A DNA stretch of 63,718 nt, taken from Desulfobacteraceae bacterium. GTDB lineage: Bacteria > Desulfobacterota > Desulfobacteria > Desulfobacterales > JAABSP01. Position 1 is the first letter of the stretch. Each line of letters starts with the position of its first letter. The notes under the pieces were generated by a model. The model was not told the DNA's origin and ran no database searches. It saw nothing but the letters and a program-made list of their open reading frames with translations. Positions 43,409-52,978 of this stretch are shown here, piece by piece. The stretch is from the NCBI GenBank assembly GCA_011390065.1, contig JAABTD010000007.1, forward strand, positions 1 through 63,718. Reading direction: 5' to 3'. The position numbers were made by a program, and so were the translations under genes.

Positions 43409-44106
43409 GGGAGGGGCGTCTCCTGATGCCCTTCAATCGGCTTCACCATGATCTTCTCCGCAAGACCGCGCCCGAGAGCATACCGACTGTAGTCAAGCGC
43501 CACCACCACCTGACCCGAATTGATATTGGTAATCACCTCGATTTCATCCCCCACCCGCAACCCCATGGAAAGCAACCGCATCCGGGATTTGGACCCCCCC
43601 GTGAATTCCCGTATGACCAGCCGCTCCCCCTGTCGGGCGGCGGCCAGCGGGATCTCCCGGACACGCTCCTTCATGCAATCGGCGCAGATGCCGTAGATTT
43701 CCATCCGATGCTGAAGCATATGGAATCCCTGGGCGGCGGCGATCCGCTTCTGGAGGTCCTCCAGCTGGTCGTTGTTGAACTCGACGATTTTCCGACACTT
43801 GGTGCAGATCATATGGTCGTGATGCTGTCCAAGATGCCGGTGCTCATAGCGGATCTGTCCATTGTCGAACCGGTTCGCCTGGGCAAAGCCATAGCGGCCC
43901 ATGAGATCCAGGGTCTCCCGAACAAACTCGGCGCTGAAAACGTATCCGCTGCGCTTCAGCAAATCCGTCAGCTCTGTTTCGGTCACATGATGCTCGGTCT
44001 GCAGGAAGGTCTCCAGGATCTTAAACCGATCCTCGAACCGGTCGATCTCCTCCCCCTTGAAAAGTTTCTGGAACTGCTCTTTTTCCTGGCGGTGAATCTG
44101 CCTCAT
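43405..44106 (-). CDS. Fur-family regulator fused to a C-terminal FeoA domain
   Basis: Fur part: HHV, YEH...HHDHMICTKC, HRMEIYGICADC. FeoA part: RLLSMGLRVGDEIEV...ALGRGLAEKIMV. Confidence 0.85.
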   Translation of the reverse strand: MRQIHRQEKEQFQKLFKGEEIDRFEDRFKILETFLQTEHHVTETELTDLLKRSGYVFSAEFVRETLDLMGRYGFAQANRFDNGQIRYEHRHLGQHHDHMICTKCRKIVEFNNDQLEDLQKRIAAAQGFHMLQHRMEIYGICADCMKERVREIPLAAARQGERLVIREFTGGSKSRMRLLSMGLRVGDEIEVITNINSGQVVVALDYSRYALGRGLAEKIMVKPIEGHQETPLP

Positions 44107-44113
44107 TTTCAGG

Positions 44114-44359
44114 TTAACCGGTCGGACCGGGGATATCGTAGGTGGTGCAGGAACCGCTCTGGCAGGTCCGGCTCTGGGACTTGACGCCGCCGGATGAGCC
44201 GCCGCCCGGACCCATGGCGTAATTGGTGGAACTCAGGACCCGCTGGAAATCTTCAGACTTGCATCGGGGGCAGCACAGTTCTGCTTCACCGTCTTTCTGC
44301 ATGACCAGCAACTCGAACAGTTCTTCGCATTTCGAGCACTTGAATTCATATATGGGCAT
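44114..44359 (-). CDS. FmdB-family zinc-ribbon protein
   Basis: MPIYEFKCSKC...CPRC motif; C-terminal CQSGSC. Confidence 0.85.
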   Translation of the reverse strand: MPIYEFKCSKCEELFELLVMQKDGEAELCCPRCKSEDFQRVLSSTNYAMGPGGGSSGGVKSQSRTCQSGSCTTYDIPGPTG

Positions 44360-46088
44360 TGCCATTCTCCTTATTGATATTTACATTACGAGATCCTGAT
44401 CGTCGCTGAACCCAGAAAAAATCAATCAGCCGGGGATCGAGATCTTTCTCGTCCACAGCCCCGTATTCAGCTTCAATCGATTGAAAAAGATCCGCCATAA
44501 CAGGCCCCAGCGCATCGGCAATATCGGCGGCCTCCATGCCGCTTTTTTCCGCCAGCCATTGGAGGAAATGGTCCTTCATGGCATTTACAATCCGTCGGTC
44601 GCCGCCCGGCGTCCACAGCGCTGTGAAAAACACCTTGAACCGATCCGGCTCAATGGGCGACAATTCCTGGGAGAGACCCAGCCAGCGCCGTGCCCAGAGG
44701 GTCAACAAAAGCCGTTTATAAGTGATAAACCGGTTTTTGACAACCGGCAAATCCATTCGACCCAGCAGATCGTCCAGGGCGATAACGGCCTCCAGGGATG
44801 TTCGGGCAGATCGAATATCCGCCAAGGACGCAAACTCCCGATAGATCACCCCGCTTTTATAATTGTCGAAATAAAGCGGCCGTTCCAGCAGGAGCCCGCC
44901 GATCACGCCCATCCATTCTTCATCCCAGAAACTGATCGGCAGCCTCTTTTTTTCGAACCACGCCGTCTTTTGCCATTGCTGGGCCCGCCACTTCAGGGAA
45001 AGGGCTTTTCCGTAACCGACCCGAAAAAGTCGCGACAAGGGGTAGGTTTTAATCAATGCCGCCATGGCGTTAACGGCCTTGCGATCCTCTAACGGCATCA
45101 GGGATTCCAGGCCGATGCTGATGTATCCGCAGGCTTTTTTCACAATATCCCTGAGTCCCTCCCGAGTTCGGACAGCGATGTTGTCGGCGGCGATGATCTG
45201 ATTGCTCAATCCGGCGAATTCGCTCTGGAGCTGCTCCAGCACGTCTTCGCCCCGGATCGCCTGGAGCGCCCGGGTAAACGTCGTATCCGCGCCCATGGCC
45301 ATCGCCGGAAATATCGACGCCGGCAGATCGGCATCGGCGTCACTTTCTGTGACCATGGTTTTTCTGCCGCCGGCCTTCAGATCGCCGGCCTTGAGCGGCT
45401 GATAGACGGAAACGGCTTCCTCGAAGGGAAGAAATCCTTTTTCCGCCAGCCGGACGTTGCGCAGCCGATAGGCCTCCTCTTCGAACTCAGCAGGAATGAA
45501 AGTCGAAAATTCCAACATCGTCCGGTGATACGTGCCATAATCGTGTTCGGCGAGTCTTTCCAGAAACCGGCTCAGGAACCCATACCGCAGTTGCTGCTCC
45601 TCCCCGTCCTCCAAACCCGGATCTTCACGGATATCAATGTAAAACGTATCATCTATCGTAAAGAGTCCCTCGCCGAAATCAGAGGGGTCCTGGTCGTGCT
45701 GGCGGACGAAAACCGCCATATTTCTGAACATATAAAATTCGATCAGTTCCGTCTGATCGGCCAGGAACCATTCCACCAGGCGGGACGGATTGGCCGTCAT
45801 CAGAAGATCCAACCATCGGGTGAGCGAGCGCATCGACAGGCGATCCCGATCCCAGGCCTCGATATCCAGGATATACGCCCACTGGGGAAACGACGCCAAG
45901 GAGAGCAGCTCCAGGGCATCGGCGTGTCCGATTTCCTGAATCAGCAGGTAGAGATCCTGTTCCGAAAAAGATCGAACAAGGGCGCCGGGGCGAGGGGCAT
46001 TAAGGATGGCGTCCAGGGCCGCCTCTGGTTCCATGGAAAGAATGTCGCGCCGCGACAACGCCCGCCGGGTGTTGGTGGTTAAATCCAT
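44346..46088 (-). CDS. Conserved deltaproteobacterial hypothetical protein (DUF6178-like)
   Basis: EQDLYLLI.EIG, LDIEAW, EEEAYRLR..RL.EKGF and FRVG motifs as recalled for DUF6178; start moved to ATG 46088. Confidence 0.65.
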   Translation of the reverse strand: MDLTTNTRRALSRRDILSMEPEAALDAILNAPRPGALVRSFSEQDLYLLIQEIGHADALELLSLASFPQWAYILDIEAWDRDRLSMRSLTRWLDLLMTANPSRLVEWFLADQTELIEFYMFRNMAVFVRQHDQDPSDFGEGLFTIDDTFYIDIREDPGLEDGEEQQLRYGFLSRFLERLAEHDYGTYHRTMLEFSTFIPAEFEEEAYRLRNVRLAEKGFLPFEEAVSVYQPLKAGDLKAGGRKTMVTESDADADLPASIFPAMAMGADTTFTRALQAIRGEDVLEQLQSEFAGLSNQIIAADNIAVRTREGLRDIVKKACGYISIGLESLMPLEDRKAVNAMAALIKTYPLSRLFRVGYGKALSLKWRAQQWQKTAWFEKKRLPISFWDEEWMGVIGGLLLERPLYFDNYKSGVIYREFASLADIRSARTSLEAVIALDDLLGRMDLPVVKNRFITYKRLLLTLWARRWLGLSQELSPIEPDRFKVFFTALWTPGGDRRIVNAMKDHFLQWLAEKSGMEAADIADALGPVMADLFQSIEAEYGAVDEKDLDPRLIDFFWVQRRSGSRNVNINKENGNAHI

Positions 46089-46138
46089 TTGCCTGTGATC
46101 CTTCATGGGAACATGTATATGCACCCGGCTTCTTTTTG

Positions 46139-47398
46139 TCAACGCCGGGTTCCGGACGGTTCTTTATGCCACGAGGCAAATTTCAACAGCATCGCCAGAC
46201 CGGGAATGGCCAGCAGCGTGCAGAGAACGAAAAAGCCCAACCAGCCGAGGGCGTCAGCCATCAAACCGGTGGGCGAGGTAATCACATCCCGGGAAAATCC
46301 CATGAAACTGGTGAGCAGCGCATACTGAGTGGCGGTGAACCGTTTATCGGTCAGGCTGGCCATAAAGCCCATATAGGCGGCGGTTCCCATGCCGGCCGAA
46401 AGATTTTCGAATGCGATGACTCCCGCCAGGGCGATCACGCTGGGTCCGACCAGGCTCAGCATCGCGAAACCCGCGGTGCTGATCGCCTGAAGCAGACCGA
46501 ATACCAGCAGAGAGCGATGAGTGTTGAGTCGCAGCATGACCGCTCCCCCCAGGCCGGCCCCGGCGATGGTGGCCCAGAAACCGAAGATCTTGACCACTGA
46601 CCCGATTTCCGTTTTGGTGAACCCGATATCGAGATAAAACGGCGTGGTCATAGCGGCCGCCATCTGGTCCCCGAGCTTGTAAGCGACCACAAAGGCCAGC
46701 ACCCACAGGGCGCCCGGTCGCCTGAAGTACTCCACGAACGGGTCGATCACCGCTTCCCGCAAGGTTCGGGGCTGCCCCTGCCCCACCGGAGGTTCCGTGG
46801 TCCACAGTGTGGCGACGATGCCCGCTGCCATGCAAGCCGCCATGAAGAAGTAGACTTTTTGAAAGGACATCTGATCGGCCAGGATCAGTCCGCCGCCGGA
46901 AGCCAGCAGCATGCCGACGCGGTAGCCGTATACGTAAAGCGAAGATCCCAGGCCCAATTCCGCGTCAGCCAGATCCTCCCGGCGATAGGCGTCCACCACG
47001 ATGTCCTGACTTGCGGAGAAAAAGTTGACCATCACGGCGGCCAGGGCCACCCAGTAGAGGTTCTGGCGGGGTTCCGCCATCCCGAGTCCGGCGATGGCCA
47101 AGGTGAGGCAGATCTGGATGATCAGCAGCCATCCCCGACGGCGCCCCAGAAAAGGGGGCGTATATCGATCGAGAAAAGGAGACCAGAGGAATTTGGTCGA
47201 ATAAGGCAGCCGGGACAGGGCCATCAAACCGATGAGGGCCAGATCGACCCCGGCCTCTTTCATCCAGGCCTGGAGCACGCTGAGGGTGAGCAGCAGGGGC
47301 AGGCCGCAGAAAAACCCCATGACCATGGCCATCAGCATCCGGCGGGTGAAAAGAACCTTGGAAAAGGCCTTTTCGCTGTCGGTTGAATCCTCCGTCAC
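46139..47398 (-). CDS. ampG: AmpG-family muropeptide MFS transporter
   Basis: GLPLLL, KFLWSP..D, GRRRGW, SASQDIVVDAYRRE, YKLGD and TATQYALLTS motifs. Confidence 0.93.
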   Translation of the reverse strand: MTEDSTDSEKAFSKVLFTRRMLMAMVMGFFCGLPLLLTLSVLQAWMKEAGVDLALIGLMALSRLPYSTKFLWSPFLDRYTPPFLGRRRGWLLIIQICLTLAIAGLGMAEPRQNLYWVALAAVMVNFFSASQDIVVDAYRREDLADAELGLGSSLYVYGYRVGMLLASGGGLILADQMSFQKVYFFMAACMAAGIVATLWTTEPPVGQGQPRTLREAVIDPFVEYFRRPGALWVLAFVVAYKLGDQMAAAMTTPFYLDIGFTKTEIGSVVKIFGFWATIAGAGLGGAVMLRLNTHRSLLVFGLLQAISTAGFAMLSLVGPSVIALAGVIAFENLSAGMGTAAYMGFMASLTDKRFTATQYALLTSFMGFSRDVITSPTGLMADALGWLGFFVLCTLLAIPGLAMLLKFASWHKEPSGTRR

Positions 47399-47438
47399 CC
47401 GATGTCTCTAATGCGGCGCGCCCGGTCAGAGCGACAGT

Positions 47439-49406
47439 TCACCCGGCATGTGCTTCGAGATGGTCAGGCGTCACGACCGACCCGTGGACCGCTTCCAGAG
47501 CCATCAGTTCTTTTCGCTGCTGCTGCAGGATTTCGAACAATCGGGGCGGCAGGTTTTCCTCCTTGCCATAGGATCCGATCTGCATATCGATGCGGGCGAC
47601 AATATTGTCGATATAAAGAGAAAACTGTTTAACATAAAGCTCGTAGGGATACTCTTTCTGGATGATCTTCTGGAACAGTTCTTTCAGATCCTCATATTTC
47701 GGCAGGTAGCCGATGGGCGCCTTCAGGGCGTCTACTTCACCATGGGCCCGTCTGCCCAGCCACGCCATCCACACCTTAACGTCCCGTTTTTCTCCCAGTA
47801 GTTTTTTGGAATCGCCGCCCCGGGCCTCATGGCTCAAGAAATAATTGAGTCCGGCCATCAACGGCTGTTTTTCCCTGGCGATTCTATCGCTGTTGAAGAA
47901 CCGGAACTGGGCGTCCATATAGTCCCCCAAAGCTCCGGGAATAAAAGGCGCATTGGCCCAGGGCTGGCGTTTGACGCCGACGGCGCCCACCTCGGTGGCC
48001 GTGGCCGCCGAGACGATGCAGGCGCCGATGACCACGCCTTCGTCCGGCGTCCGGCCGACCCAGACCGGCGGCATGGTGTTGCTGTCCCTGCCGCTGTAAG
48101 TGATGACCCGGGTCTCCACGCCGGCCGGATTTTCCGCCTCCTCGCTGTAGTTCTCCAGGAAGGTCGAAGCGATCGTGCATCGGGCGTTGGGATGGGAAAC
48201 CGGCAACGGATCGCCCTTTTCATCCGTCATCCCTTTTTCCCAGCGTCCCTGGTGATTATACCCTCTTTCCGGCGTTTTCTCGCCGTTGCCGGTCCACTGA
48301 GGCACGCCGTTTTCATCAATGAGCACATTGGACCAGATCACCTCCGCGCCGGGCTTCCGGAGCAACGCCATCAGTTTGGGGTCCCCCTCCCAGTTCACAT
48401 CCTCCACGATGCCGAAGATGCCGCACTCGGGGTTGACCGATCGCACCGTGCCGTCGTCCGCGATCCACATCTGGGCCAGATCGTCTCCCACGAAATGGGT
48501 CCCGGCCATGGCCGAGGTGGTTTTGCCGCATCCGCTGGGCGCAGCGCCCGCAAACCAGGTGATCCGACCGGCCGGTTCTTCGAAACCGGTGATGAACATG
48601 TGCTCCGCCAGTTCACGGCCCCGTTGCTCGTACACGGAGTGATCCACCGAAAACCGGTGGTTCCCTTTCTTCAACAACAGCGTATTGCCTGCATAGGTGC
48701 AGTTGAAGCTGTAGGTCGTCTGGTGGCTGCGGTCCATAAACACCCGGGCATCCGGCAGATCCTCGGCACGGTTTTTCCCCTCGCTATGAATATTGGTGTA
48801 AAAATGGCCCAGATGCTTGACCTCCCGGTCAAAATTGGCATAGGCGTTGCGATAGAGGATTTCGGCGCTGTGGGCCACGTAGGCGGAGCTGGTGATTTCC
48901 AGGGCCGGATTGGAAACCGGGGACCCCACGGGGCCGCGCATATAGCACCCCACGATCATGGTCTTGCCCTTCATGATCCCCCCCATCTTGTCCCTCACCT
49001 CTTCCAGGGCCATCTCCCGATCCATGCGCTTGGCCAGGGAAGAGACCGTTTCCAACGGATTGGCGATGTAGTAGGTCCGGTCGATGATGCGGCCCTGCTC
49101 CTCCTTCAGGTCGTAGTGGATGGTGTGCCCATCCATGGGGAGTTTCTTCTCCTCGCCTTTTTTCAGAGCGAGTTCCCGGATGAACTGCCGATCCTCCTCG
49201 GCGCCCGTATTGAGATACACGTCATCAGGATCGCACAGAAGGATGGCATTGGCGATTTTAATGCGCACTTCAGGCGTGGAGATCTGTTGCATCCGCTCCA
49301 GATGGTCTGGCGTCATCCTGCTCTGAAACACCCGATTCGCTCCTTCCGGCGAATCGATGTTGCCGATCTCCTTAACAATGTCGTTTCCTATTTGTTTCTG
49401 CAACAT
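47439..49406 (-). CDS. pckG: Phosphoenolpyruvate carboxykinase (GTP)
   Basis: YAGN.LLLKKG, AEHM, AAPSGCGKT, GDDLA, NPE.G.FG, HPNAR and NYFL motifs. Confidence 0.92.
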   Translation of the reverse strand: MLQKQIGNDIVKEIGNIDSPEGANRVFQSRMTPDHLERMQQISTPEVRIKIANAILLCDPDDVYLNTGAEEDRQFIRELALKKGEEKKLPMDGHTIHYDLKEEQGRIIDRTYYIANPLETVSSLAKRMDREMALEEVRDKMGGIMKGKTMIVGCYMRGPVGSPVSNPALEITSSAYVAHSAEILYRNAYANFDREVKHLGHFYTNIHSEGKNRAEDLPDARVFMDRSHQTTYSFNCTYAGNTLLLKKGNHRFSVDHSVYEQRGRELAEHMFITGFEEPAGRITWFAGAAPSGCGKTTSAMAGTHFVGDDLAQMWIADDGTVRSVNPECGIFGIVEDVNWEGDPKLMALLRKPGAEVIWSNVLIDENGVPQWTGNGEKTPERGYNHQGRWEKGMTDEKGDPLPVSHPNARCTIASTFLENYSEEAENPAGVETRVITYSGRDSNTMPPVWVGRTPDEGVVIGACIVSAATATEVGAVGVKRQPWANAPFIPGALGDYMDAQFRFFNSDRIAREKQPLMAGLNYFLSHEARGGDSKKLLGEKRDVKVWMAWLGRRAHGEVDALKAPIGYLPKYEDLKELFQKIIQKEYPYELYVKQFSLYIDNIVARIDMQIGSYGKEENLPPRLFEILQQQRKELMALEAVHGSVVTPDHLEAHAG

Positions 49407-49431
49407 GGCCGGATCTCCTTCCCTGGTTCCA

Positions 49432-50598
49432 TTACACCGGCAGCGTGAACTGCGGTTCGCCGATCTGAAATTCCCCTTTCAATATCCAGCTCTTGAGAAT
49501 ATGAGCGATCTCTCGGGCCTTCACGACACTGGAAAGAGGGACCGTAGGCGTCATCTCGCCGTTCACCTGGATGAATCCGCTTTTCAGCTCCGCATAACTG
49601 ACCTGTCCATGGCTTCTGGACACGCCATTGGGATAATCATGTCCGTAATCGACGATCTGTGTAAAAATCTCCTCATCGGACACCGCCGTGTATCGGGCCA
49701 TCTCTTCGTTGAGGATGGGAATCGGGATGCCCAGTCCCACAGACAGGGAACACCCATACCCTTGAATGGACGCCCCTCTCAGCCAGTCCGGCGACATCCC
49801 TTTAAGGTCCCCCATCACGCACAGCGTCCCGGCCGGGGAAACCGGCGTTCCACCGTCGGTCCGCTCGGCGGCCGGTTTGTGCTGGGTGCCGTGCCAGGCG
49901 ACGTATCCGACGGACCCGCCCAGGAATAACCGCGTCCCGATGCCGATGGTCTTATAATAGGGGTCATTGAAAAGAGGGCTCAACTGGCCCGCCGAGCAGT
50001 AGTTGGCGTTGCCGGCTCTGGGTTTGAGGGCGCCCATATAGGTATAGATGGTTTTTTTGGTGAGATTGATGGCGCAATTGTAATTCTGATAGCCGTTGCG
50101 GGGGTTGCACAACACCGCATAGGGCAGCGTCGCCAGGTCGATCTTTTTCTCCGCCGACCGATTGGGATAACAGTCGGTGCCGTAGGACTCGGCCTTCAGA
50201 TGGACTTTTCTTCCGGCCACCAAGTCCTGGATCACATGCCCGCCGCCGTAGTTGAACTCTCCGGGGTACACTTTGTTGAGCGGATCATCCTCGCAGGGCT
50301 CCGTCGCACCGATGTAGCAATCGACCGCCGCCAGGCCCGAATAGGCCGGCACGTTGTTTAACCACACTTTTGCGGCCTTCATGGTGGGGGTGAACTGGCC
50401 GAAATTGAGAAAAGCGCCCGACGAACACATGGGAGCGAAAGTGCCGGTGGTCACCACATCCACCTGCCGGGCCGCCGCAACCGGCCCCTTGTCCCGGACA
50501 ATGTCGATCATCTCCTCCGCCGTCGCCACCACCACCTCGCCGGAACGGATCTTTTTATTGATCTCTCCGTAGGTTTTATTGACCTCGCATGTTTTCAT
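49432..50598 (-). CDS. DUF39 homocysteine-biosynthesis protein (aspartate-semialdehyde sulfurtransferase, MA1821-like)
   Basis: VDVVTTGTFAPMCSSG with the conserved Cys, RNGYQNY, YTYMG.L and GQLSPLFNDP motifs; no CBS extension. Confidence 0.85.
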   Translation of the reverse strand: MKTCEVNKTYGEINKKIRSGEVVVATAEEMIDIVRDKGPVAAARQVDVVTTGTFAPMCSSGAFLNFGQFTPTMKAAKVWLNNVPAYSGLAAVDCYIGATEPCEDDPLNKVYPGEFNYGGGHVIQDLVAGRKVHLKAESYGTDCYPNRSAEKKIDLATLPYAVLCNPRNGYQNYNCAINLTKKTIYTYMGALKPRAGNANYCSAGQLSPLFNDPYYKTIGIGTRLFLGGSVGYVAWHGTQHKPAAERTDGGTPVSPAGTLCVMGDLKGMSPDWLRGASIQGYGCSLSVGLGIPIPILNEEMARYTAVSDEEIFTQIVDYGHDYPNGVSRSHGQVSYAELKSGFIQVNGEMTPTVPLSSVVKAREIAHILKSWILKGEFQIGEPQFTLPV

Positions 50599-50628
50599 GA
50601 TGCTGACCCCCGCCTGTCGAAATAACCG

Positions 50629-52038
50629 TCAATTGAGATACTGCAGTTCGGATTCGGCGTCTGCAATCTTGTTGAGCACGTTGTTTTGGATCCACGCCCC
50701 GTCCCACCACTCCACCGGGTTGACGAAGGTATCGCGCACCATCATGCCGAAATGGAGGTGATCGCCGCCGGCCATACCGGTGACCCCGGTCCGACCGATG
50801 ACATCCCCCTTTCGGACCATCTCCCCCTCGGCGACGCTGATGAGGCTAAGATGGGAATAGGTGCTGAACAGTCCGAATCCGTGGTCGATTACCACCGTAT
50901 CGCCATAGATCCCGATATCGCCCGTAAAGGCCACGCGTCCGTGGTTGGCCGCCGGCGCCTCCGCGCGCTTGAAGGAGGCCAGATCGATTCCCATATGGTC
51001 CTGCCGGTCGATCACCGTCTCCTTGTACCGATACTCGCGGTGGTCCGCGAAGCCTGCCTGCCTTGCAGAGCCGGGGAGACGAAGGAAGTCGCCCTCCCAG
51101 TGCAGCGCGGGATCGGAGGTTCGGGTATGGCGGGTCAGTTCCACATAACTGGCTCTGCGAAGATGTCGGTTGACCCAGATGAACCGCTCAGGAGGGGATG
51201 GATCCACCGAGGCCGGTATCATGGCCTCGAACTCCGGCATCTTCCATTGCAGGAACCGGTCTGAAATGACGATGACATCGTCCTGGAACTTGCCTTTCCG
51301 AACATAATGCGGCAAGCCGGTGCGGGCTTCATTGCCGGCGGCGTCCTTTGCAAAAACATGCATTCCTATTCCAGGATCTTTATCGTAACCAAGGGCGATG
51401 AAAGACAGGTGCACGGAGGAAGCATCCGAGTCGAACACGGCGCCGGCCGGCTGACCGGGATACCGATGGCCGTCCACGGAAACGCCGTGCTCGGGGCAAC
51501 TTTCGGAAAGGGTATAGATGACCAGGCCGGCGCCGCCGGAGACCAGGTTGTGGTCTTTGCTCAACACCCGAATATCAGGGGCTCGGGTATCGATCAGCAC
51601 CGATTTTTCCAGCGTGGCCTCATTGCCGCTGAACCATTGGCGCCAGGAAGCGTCCGTGGCGCTGATTTTCAAAGTGGCCCGGCCGTCGGTAAGGCCGAGT
51701 TGGCGGGGGGAAATGGTGGTCTGCAGGGTTTCTTCCGCCACCGCCCCGGATCGCCCGACAAGGGGGGTGGGAAACGCCTTCTCCGCCAGGGTCGCAATCC
51801 GGCCGGCTTTCTCCAATCGAATATCGACCCGCGCAAGGCCGCTGCCGCTGTCGGATACGGTTACCGCCAGGGGCTGGTCCGCGCGGATGAAGGCCAAATC
51901 ATCCGCCAGAGCGATGCGGGGCGGTCCGCCGTCCAGCTTGACAAACAACATCCAGCCGATCAAGCCGACCACCGCCAACAGCACCAGACCGCCAAACACC
52001 ATAAAACATCCGACAACAGCACTTCCTCTTTTTCTCAC
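50629..52038 (-). CDS. M23-family metallopeptidase, membrane-anchored
   Basis: HMGIDLA, YGDTVVIDHGFGLFSTYSHL, GDHLHFG motifs and an N-terminal TM. Confidence 0.92.
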   Translation of the reverse strand: MRKRGSAVVGCFMVFGGLVLLAVVGLIGWMLFVKLDGGPPRIALADDLAFIRADQPLAVTVSDSGSGLARVDIRLEKAGRIATLAEKAFPTPLVGRSGAVAEETLQTTISPRQLGLTDGRATLKISATDASWRQWFSGNEATLEKSVLIDTRAPDIRVLSKDHNLVSGGAGLVIYTLSESCPEHGVSVDGHRYPGQPAGAVFDSDASSVHLSFIALGYDKDPGIGMHVFAKDAAGNEARTGLPHYVRKGKFQDDVIVISDRFLQWKMPEFEAMIPASVDPSPPERFIWVNRHLRRASYVELTRHTRTSDPALHWEGDFLRLPGSARQAGFADHREYRYKETVIDRQDHMGIDLASFKRAEAPAANHGRVAFTGDIGIYGDTVVIDHGFGLFSTYSHLSLISVAEGEMVRKGDVIGRTGVTGMAGGDHLHFGMMVRDTFVNPVEWWDGAWIQNNVLNKIADAESELQYLN

Positions 52039-52122
52039 TCGTCCTCTAACGCTCCTATCCTTTCGAAATTTTGGGAATCATAGCAACTTAATCCGGCCCG
52101 ATCAAGGGATGTTTTTCGTTTC

Positions 52123-52151
52123 TTGACTTTTGGCGTCGGCGGGGGTACATT
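52123..52151 (+). promoter_or_regulatory. Sigma70 promoter of the kdsA-lpt-rpoN cluster
   Basis: TTGACT, 17 nt, TACATT; ATG 6 nt later. Confidence 0.6.
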
Positions 52152-52157
52152 TTTGTC

Positions 52158-52976
52158 ATGGATCGCCGCATCGACATACTGAACATGACCATCGGAAAAG
52201 ACGCGCCTTTGTTGCTTATCGCAGGCCCCTGCGTGATCGAAGATGCGTCGACCACCTTTTCCATCGCTGCTCATCTGCGGGACCTTGCCCGGCAGCTCGA
52301 TATGCCTTTCATCTTCAAAGCCTCCTACGACAAAGCCAATCGCAGTTCCCTGATGTCCTTCAGGGGCCCCGGGCTGGCCGACGGGTTGGCGGTGCTGGAC
52401 CGCATCAAGAACCAGCTCCGCGTTCCGGTGATTTCGGATGTCCATCGGGTCGAAGAGGTCAAACCGGCGGCGGCCGTGCTGGATGTGCTGCAGATTCCGG
52501 CCTTCCTCTGCCGTCAAACCGATTTTCTACTGGCGGCGGCCCAAACCGGAAAACCGATCAATGTCAAAAAAGGACAGTTTCTGGCGCCCTGGGATATGGA
52601 AAACGTCGTCGCCAAACTGACTTCAACCGGCAACCGGAACATCTTGATCACCGAGCGCGGCGCCGCCTTCGGGTACAACAACCTGGTTGCGGACATGCGA
52701 TCCATTCCCCTCATGCAGGAGATCGGCTATCCGGTGATTTTCGACGCCACCCATTCCGTGCAGTTGCCGGGCGGCGCCGGGGACCGGTCCGCGGGGCAAC
52801 GGGAATTTGCGCCTGTCCTGGCCAGGGCGGCTGTGGCCGCCGGGGCCGACGGGGTGTTTCTGGAGGTTCACCCTGACCCGGATCATGCCCTTTGCGACGG
52901 CCCCAATTCCCTCCACCTGGAAACCCTTGCCGACCTGCTCCCCCGGCTCCTGTCCATCCGGCGGGCCATCTCCTGA
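52158..52976 (+). CDS. kdsA: KDO-8-phosphate synthase
   Basis: IAGPCVIE, KASYDKANRSS, QIPAFLCRQTD, KKGQF, ERG..FGYNNLV and FDATHSVQ motifs. Confidence 0.97.
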   Translation: MDRRIDILNMTIGKDAPLLLIAGPCVIEDASTTFSIAAHLRDLARQLDMPFIFKASYDKANRSSLMSFRGPGLADGLAVLDRIKNQLRVPVISDVHRVEEVKPAAAVLDVLQIPAFLCRQTDFLLAAAQTGKPINVKKGQFLAPWDMENVVAKLTSTGNRNILITERGAAFGYNNLVADMRSIPLMQEIGYPVIFDATHSVQLPGGAGDRSAGQREFAPVLARAAVAAGADGVFLEVHPDPDHALCDGPNSLHLETLADLLPRLLSIRRAIS

Positions 52977-52978
52977 CC

